From: a virus
DNA: 16,289 bases
Reading direction: 5' to 3' (one strand)
Virus record (IMG/VR): IMGVR_UViG_3300028920_000020
A model generated the notes under the pieces. It was not told where the DNA came from, did not search any database, and worked only from the letters and a program-made list of their open reading frames with translations. Positions 12,729 to 16,289 of the stretch are shown in pieces. The translations under genes and the position numbers were made by a program. Every line of letters starts with the position of its first letter. Position 1 is the first letter of the stretch.

Positions 12729-14062
12729 TGGCATTTGCTAACGCATATTACGACGAGCAACAAAATCAAAACATTGCTCCTACTCTATCTCAACTACAGG
12801 GCAATTTCTCAGAACCTCTAAATGCTGGTGTAGCCGCCACAGGCACAGGTGACGCCGACACTTACTGGAATCAAGGCTGGAACATGGGTTTTAATAATCC
12901 TTCTACTGGCTATTCAGGAAGTGACGTAAATGAACAAGCTGGCTATATTCAAGGTCAGAAAGACTATTGGCTAAGAAATCCCCAAACAACCACTAGCCCT
13001 ACAACGAATAACAATCCTCAACCAACCACCCCCCAACCGACAAACAACACCTCAGGCGAACTTTCATTTGACGATATTTACAACCAGGTTTATCCTGGAT
13101 GGGGAAGACAGGAGGCATATAACGACTGGGTGGCAAAGGGAAAGCCCCAGCCCACAATCGGAACAGGTGCTAATGGTCAACTTTCCGAAGAACAACTAGC
13201 TCAACAACTAACTAATGATTTAAATTCAGCCTATCAGCCAGCTATGGATGTTTTAGGTCAACAAGAGCAATACCTTCGTGATGCTCAACCCGCTTCCGAA
13301 AAAGCCATTCAAGATCAATTTTCTTTACGCCGAGGCGAACAAGAGGGAGATTGGAAAAGTGCTCAAGAACAATCCGAGTTAACCCAGCGAAAACTTTGGG
13401 ATGAAAAAGAAAACGTACTCGACCAATCACGCCGGTTATACGATGAGTTACGCCGAGGAGCAAGACAGCGATTTGGTGGTTCTTCATCCGCAGGTGAGGC
13501 AGTCAATACTCTTTTGGGTTTGGAACAACAGCGACAAATGGGAGACACCAAAAGAACTTACATGAACAACATTGCAGAGTGGGAACGATCAAAAGCCGAC
13601 ACCGAGAGAGCTTATAAGCAAAATGTAGCCCAGCTTAATCTGGCAAAAGACGAAGCAATTCGAAAATCTCAAGACGCTTTTAATGCCGGTATGCTTCAAA
13701 TTGCTCAAAGTAAAGCAGGACTAATGACCGAAAAAGGGCTTCGACGACTAGACCTACTAACCAACCTCCGTGATTCGATTATGAAGGCTCAAGCAACAGC
13801 TCAGGAATGGCAGGATAAACTTTCATACCAGCGGGAATTAGCTGAGATGAATTTTGCCTACAGACTCCAGGAAATTCAAGCAATGGCTAAATACAAGACC
13901 TATGCCCCAACCAAATCAAGCTACTCCACAGTCGACGTTGATGGCACAACTAAAGTATTTGATAAAACCACGGGGCAAGTTAGCGATATAGGTAGCGCCC
14001 AGGGCCAAATTGGTTTGCCTTCAACATATAAACAGTATTACGGACTTGATGAGGAGGTTTAA
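12728..14062 (+). CDS. 444-aa protein of unknown function: Q/N/G-rich N-terminus, P/T-rich linker, long coiled-coil C-terminal half
   Basis: Very strong SD (GAGGGAGG). Features include NNNPQPTTPQPTNNT and a heptad-like charged region from about aa 170 to 400. No enzymatic motif recognised. Confidence 0.8.
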   Translation: MAFANAYYDEQQNQNIAPTLSQLQGNFSEPLNAGVAATGTGDADTYWNQGWNMGFNNPSTGYSGSDVNEQAGYIQGQKDYWLRNPQTTTSPTTNNNPQPTTPQPTNNTSGELSFDDIYNQVYPGWGRQEAYNDWVAKGKPQPTIGTGANGQLSEEQLAQQLTNDLNSAYQPAMDVLGQQEQYLRDAQPASEKAIQDQFSLRRGEQEGDWKSAQEQSELTQRKLWDEKENVLDQSRRLYDELRRGARQRFGGSSSAGEAVNTLLGLEQQRQMGDTKRTYMNNIAEWERSKADTERAYKQNVAQLNLAKDEAIRKSQDAFNAGMLQIAQSKAGLMTEKGLRRLDLLTNLRDSIMKAQATAQEWQDKLSYQRELAEMNFAYRLQEIQAMAKYKTYAPTKSSYSTVDVDGTTKVFDKTTGQVSDIGSAQGQIGLPSTYKQYYGLDEEV

Positions 14063-16289
14063 TGCCCTCATTCAACGAACTCTTTCAAACAGCCCTTAGC
14101 AAGCTAGTCAATTCCAAGCCAGTATCAACAGTTCGAAGTGCTGGTCAAAACGTCCTTCAAAGTGCTAAGCAGGGCTACGCTCAATGGCAAGCTAAACCCT
14201 ACAATCAACTGGTTAAAAATATCGGCTCGACTATATCTCAAAAGGTAGAGTCTGCTATCCCGGGTGGTTACGAAGGAGCAAAGCAACGTCTATCTCAAAC
14301 CAAACCCATTCAATACTCACCGTTTGGCTTTATTAACGAAGCCCCACGCAACGCCTCAGTCTTGTTTGGTAAGAACGCAGACATAGCCGAACACGGCCTT
14401 AGGGGGATGATAGACCCCATCGGTTTAGCCAATAAAACCACTCAATATCTCAACCCTTCCTATAATCAATTATTCCAACCTACCACTCAAAGAGAAAAAA
14501 CAGCTAGAAAGGTAGGACAATCAATATCCGGAACCATAGCCACTGCTCCTCTTGGTGGGCCAAATATGGCCGTAAATGTTGGTAGGCGTGCTATTCAGGG
14601 AACTTTACTTGGTACCGGCATGGGGCTAGCTGGTAATGCTTTATCAGGCAATCCCTTAACCCAAGATCTAGACAAATCAGCACTTCAGGGTCTCTCCAAC
14701 TCATGGCAACTTTCCGTAACCAACCTTATAGCCGACAAGATAGGAAGTTTTATACCTAAACTCAAAGGCACAACGTCAGGACAGTTGGATTTAACTGGCC
14801 AACTTCTAAAAAACCAAGCCAAGATGGGAGCAGACACCAAAGCTCTACTCACCAAAACAGCCAAAGACTTATTTTTAAGAGCGATGGTAGAAACAGGGAC
14901 GGAGACGACATGGTTTTCAGCCTTCGATGAAGAAGATAAAAGAAAGTTTCTAGAAAAGTGGTGGTCTAACCTTCCGGGTAACTTCTTAGGTAACGTATTT
15001 TTTGGCAGTTTAGCCTTTACTAAAAGGGCCAGCATTGACGCCAACCCCCAACTAATTATGGACGCTAAAATAGCCTTTCAGAAGACCATGAAGAATATGT
15101 TTGGTGGCAGTCAATACTCTCAACGTGGTGGTGTTGATCCTAAGTATGTGTTTGGAGAAGAAAAACTACCTTGGGAAAAACAAGATCCCAACTCTCCCAA
15201 ACGTAACAGGAAAGAACCCTTCACCGCCAAGCGTGGTGCTGGTAGCTATTCACAAGATCCCACCGTCGACAACCCACTTTTAAAACAAGCTAAACAGGAG
15301 TCTTACAAGTTCGATGACAGAGCTGACATTGACAGAATCGTCACCCTTGGAGAATTACACGAGTATGAGGTAGGCAAGAAGCCAATCAAACAGCTAATCA
15401 ATCGAATCCTTAAGCCATTAAACAACGCCCCGGACAACATTAAGGAAATGATGACGGAATGGAACACCAAACTGATGAAAGGCAAAGTGAAGGCTAATGT
15501 TTTAGCTAAAGACTTTTCCAACATTGATGCCGAGACAGGCTGGAAGTTGACCCAATACATGCAAGACCCAACCCCAGCCAATGCTAGAAAGCTGAAGTTC
15601 GATGTTGAGAAATACGCCCCGGATATTAAGAAGACACGAAAGCTTTTAGACTTCTATTACGACCAAGCTCAAAAGAATGGGGTTGATCTAGGCTACAGAA
15701 AAGACTATATGCCACAGGTTTGGGAGGAAACACCCGGACAGATTGACGCCAAAGTTAGAGGTCTAGGAACTAAACCAGCATTTGCCCAAGAAAGAAGGAT
15801 CCCAAATTATCAGGAAGGTTTAGAACTGGGGCTAACCCCACGCTACACACACCCCGGCCAGCTACTCGCTGATTATCGATACAAACTAAGCAAATCAGTG
15901 GCTAACAAGAGACTAATGGCCAAGCTCTTAGATACAGGCTATTTAGTGCCTTCTAGTGAAGCCCCAGCTGATTGGAAACAAATCGAAGCACCATATCTCC
16001 CCAAAGCTACTATGACGATGGCAGACAGGGAAATTGTCAGCAACTATTCAGCCCCTCCATCTATTGCCGATTCACTTAACTCAATCTTTACCAACGACAA
16101 ATCAGGCCTTGGTGAGCTGGTTGAAATGACAGCAAAACTATCAAGCAAAATCCAAGAAGTTAGACTAACTGGCGGTATCGGCCCACTTAACTCTTTTACC
16201 GTCGGTCAGATGATTAAGGAAGTTTATGCCGGCAGGTTAAAGTCCCCTCTCACTTCTTTTGTTAGAGCTTGGTCGCCAAAACAAACCGA
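14062..16289 (+). CDS. N-terminal 742 codons of the ~1,164-aa wrap-around protein (continues at 1..1394); unknown function, glycine-zipper hydrophobic segment
   Basis: ATG 14062 overlaps the preceding TAA as TAATG, with GAGGAGG SD 4 nt upstream. I translated every codon from 14062 to 16289 and found no stop. The segment SISGTIATAPLGGPNMAVNVGRRAIQGTLLGTGMGLAGNALSG is reminiscent of tape-measure or ejection-protein hydrophobic stretches. Confidence 0.85.
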   Translation, partial: MPSFNELFQTALSKLVNSKPVSTVRSAGQNVLQSAKQGYAQWQAKPYNQLVKNIGSTISQKVESAIPGGYEGAKQRLSQTKPIQYSPFGFINEAPRNASVLFGKNADIAEHGLRGMIDPIGLANKTTQYLNPSYNQLFQPTTQREKTARKVGQSISGTIATAPLGGPNMAVNVGRRAIQGTLLGTGMGLAGNALSGNPLTQDLDKSALQGLSNSWQLSVTNLIADKIGSFIPKLKGTTSGQLDLTGQLLKNQAKMGADTKALLTKTAKDLFLRAMVETGTETTWFSAFDEEDKRKFLEKWWSNLPGNFLGNVFFGSLAFTKRASIDANPQLIMDAKIAFQKTMKNMFGGSQYSQRGGVDPKYVFGEEKLPWEKQDPNSPKRNRKEPFTAKRGAGSYSQDPTVDNPLLKQAKQESYKFDDRADIDRIVTLGELHEYEVGKKPIKQLINRILKPLNNAPDNIKEMMTEWNTKLMKGKVKANVLAKDFSNIDAETGWKLTQYMQDPTPANARKLKFDVEKYAPDIKKTRKLLDFYYDQAQKNGVDLGYRKDYMPQVWEETPGQIDAKVRGLGTKPAFAQERRIPNYQEGLELGLTPRYTHPGQLLADYRYKLSKSVANKRLMAKLLDTGYLVPSSEAPADWKQIEAPYLPKATMTMADREIVSNYSAPPSIADSLNSIFTNDKSGLGELVEMTAKLSSKIQEVRLTGGIGPLNSFTVGQMIKEVYAGRLKSPLTSFVRAWSPKQT
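16163..16289. repeat. Right copy of the 127-bp terminal direct repeat (identical to 1..127)
   Basis: See the left copy. GACTAACT begins at 16163. Confidence 0.95.

Noticed and set aside
12569-12769. A 66-aa minus-strand ORF across the 12505-12727 gap.
   Set aside because: It is antisense to the strong SD and start of the 444-aa gene and is the only minus-strand candidate in a long + strand operon. The + strand 50-aa ORF with TAATG coupling is more plausible.
1-16289. A recoded genetic code (TGA or TAG read through), tRNA or rRNA genes, CRISPR arrays, transposase or IS ends.
   Set aside because: The standard code already gives near-complete coding density, with all three stop codons used at gene ends. 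I saw no cloverleaf-like tRNA candidates in the short intergenic regions, no repeat-spacer arrays and no terminal inverted repeats flanking a transposase-like ORF.

Overview
The window appears to be a complete circular replicon. Bases 1-127 are repeated exactly at 16163-16289, so the unique length is 16,162 bp. A ~1,164-aa ORF is absent from the supplied ORF track because it has no stop inside the window. It starts at 14062, runs off the right end and continues in frame through the left end to the stop at 1394. Nearly all genes are on the + strand and tightly packed, with many ATGA/TAATG stop-start overlaps. Many genes have bacterial-type Shine-Dalgarno (SD) motifs, and the standard genetic code fits. 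Recognisable modules are listed below.
(i) Partition: a ParA ATPase plus a small downstream partner.
(ii) Regulation: a cluster of winged-helix/HTH proteins, including a wHTH-HNH nuclease fusion and a 56-aa ParB-HTH-like mini-ORF. There are two divergent control regions with shared palindromic or direct-repeat operators.
(iii) Replication: a lambda O-like initiator with iterons and an A-rich tract inside its own gene, translationally coupled to a Prim-Pol/DnaB-like primase-helicase.
(iv) A run of small genes: a DUF736-like protein, an RHH protein, three tandem Zn-ribbon proteins and an Sf6 gp1-like small terminase (TerS).
(v) A late-looking, strong-SD operon encoding a 444-aa Q/N-rich coiled-coil protein and the 1,164-aa protein, neither with a recognisable domain.
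I recognise no integrase, large terminase, portal, capsid, tail, lysis, relaxase or T4SS genes. The best reading is a plasmid-maintained, phage-derived element, either an episomal phage satellite or transducible plasmid, or a very divergent small virus. All domain calls come from motif recognition by eye; no searches were run.
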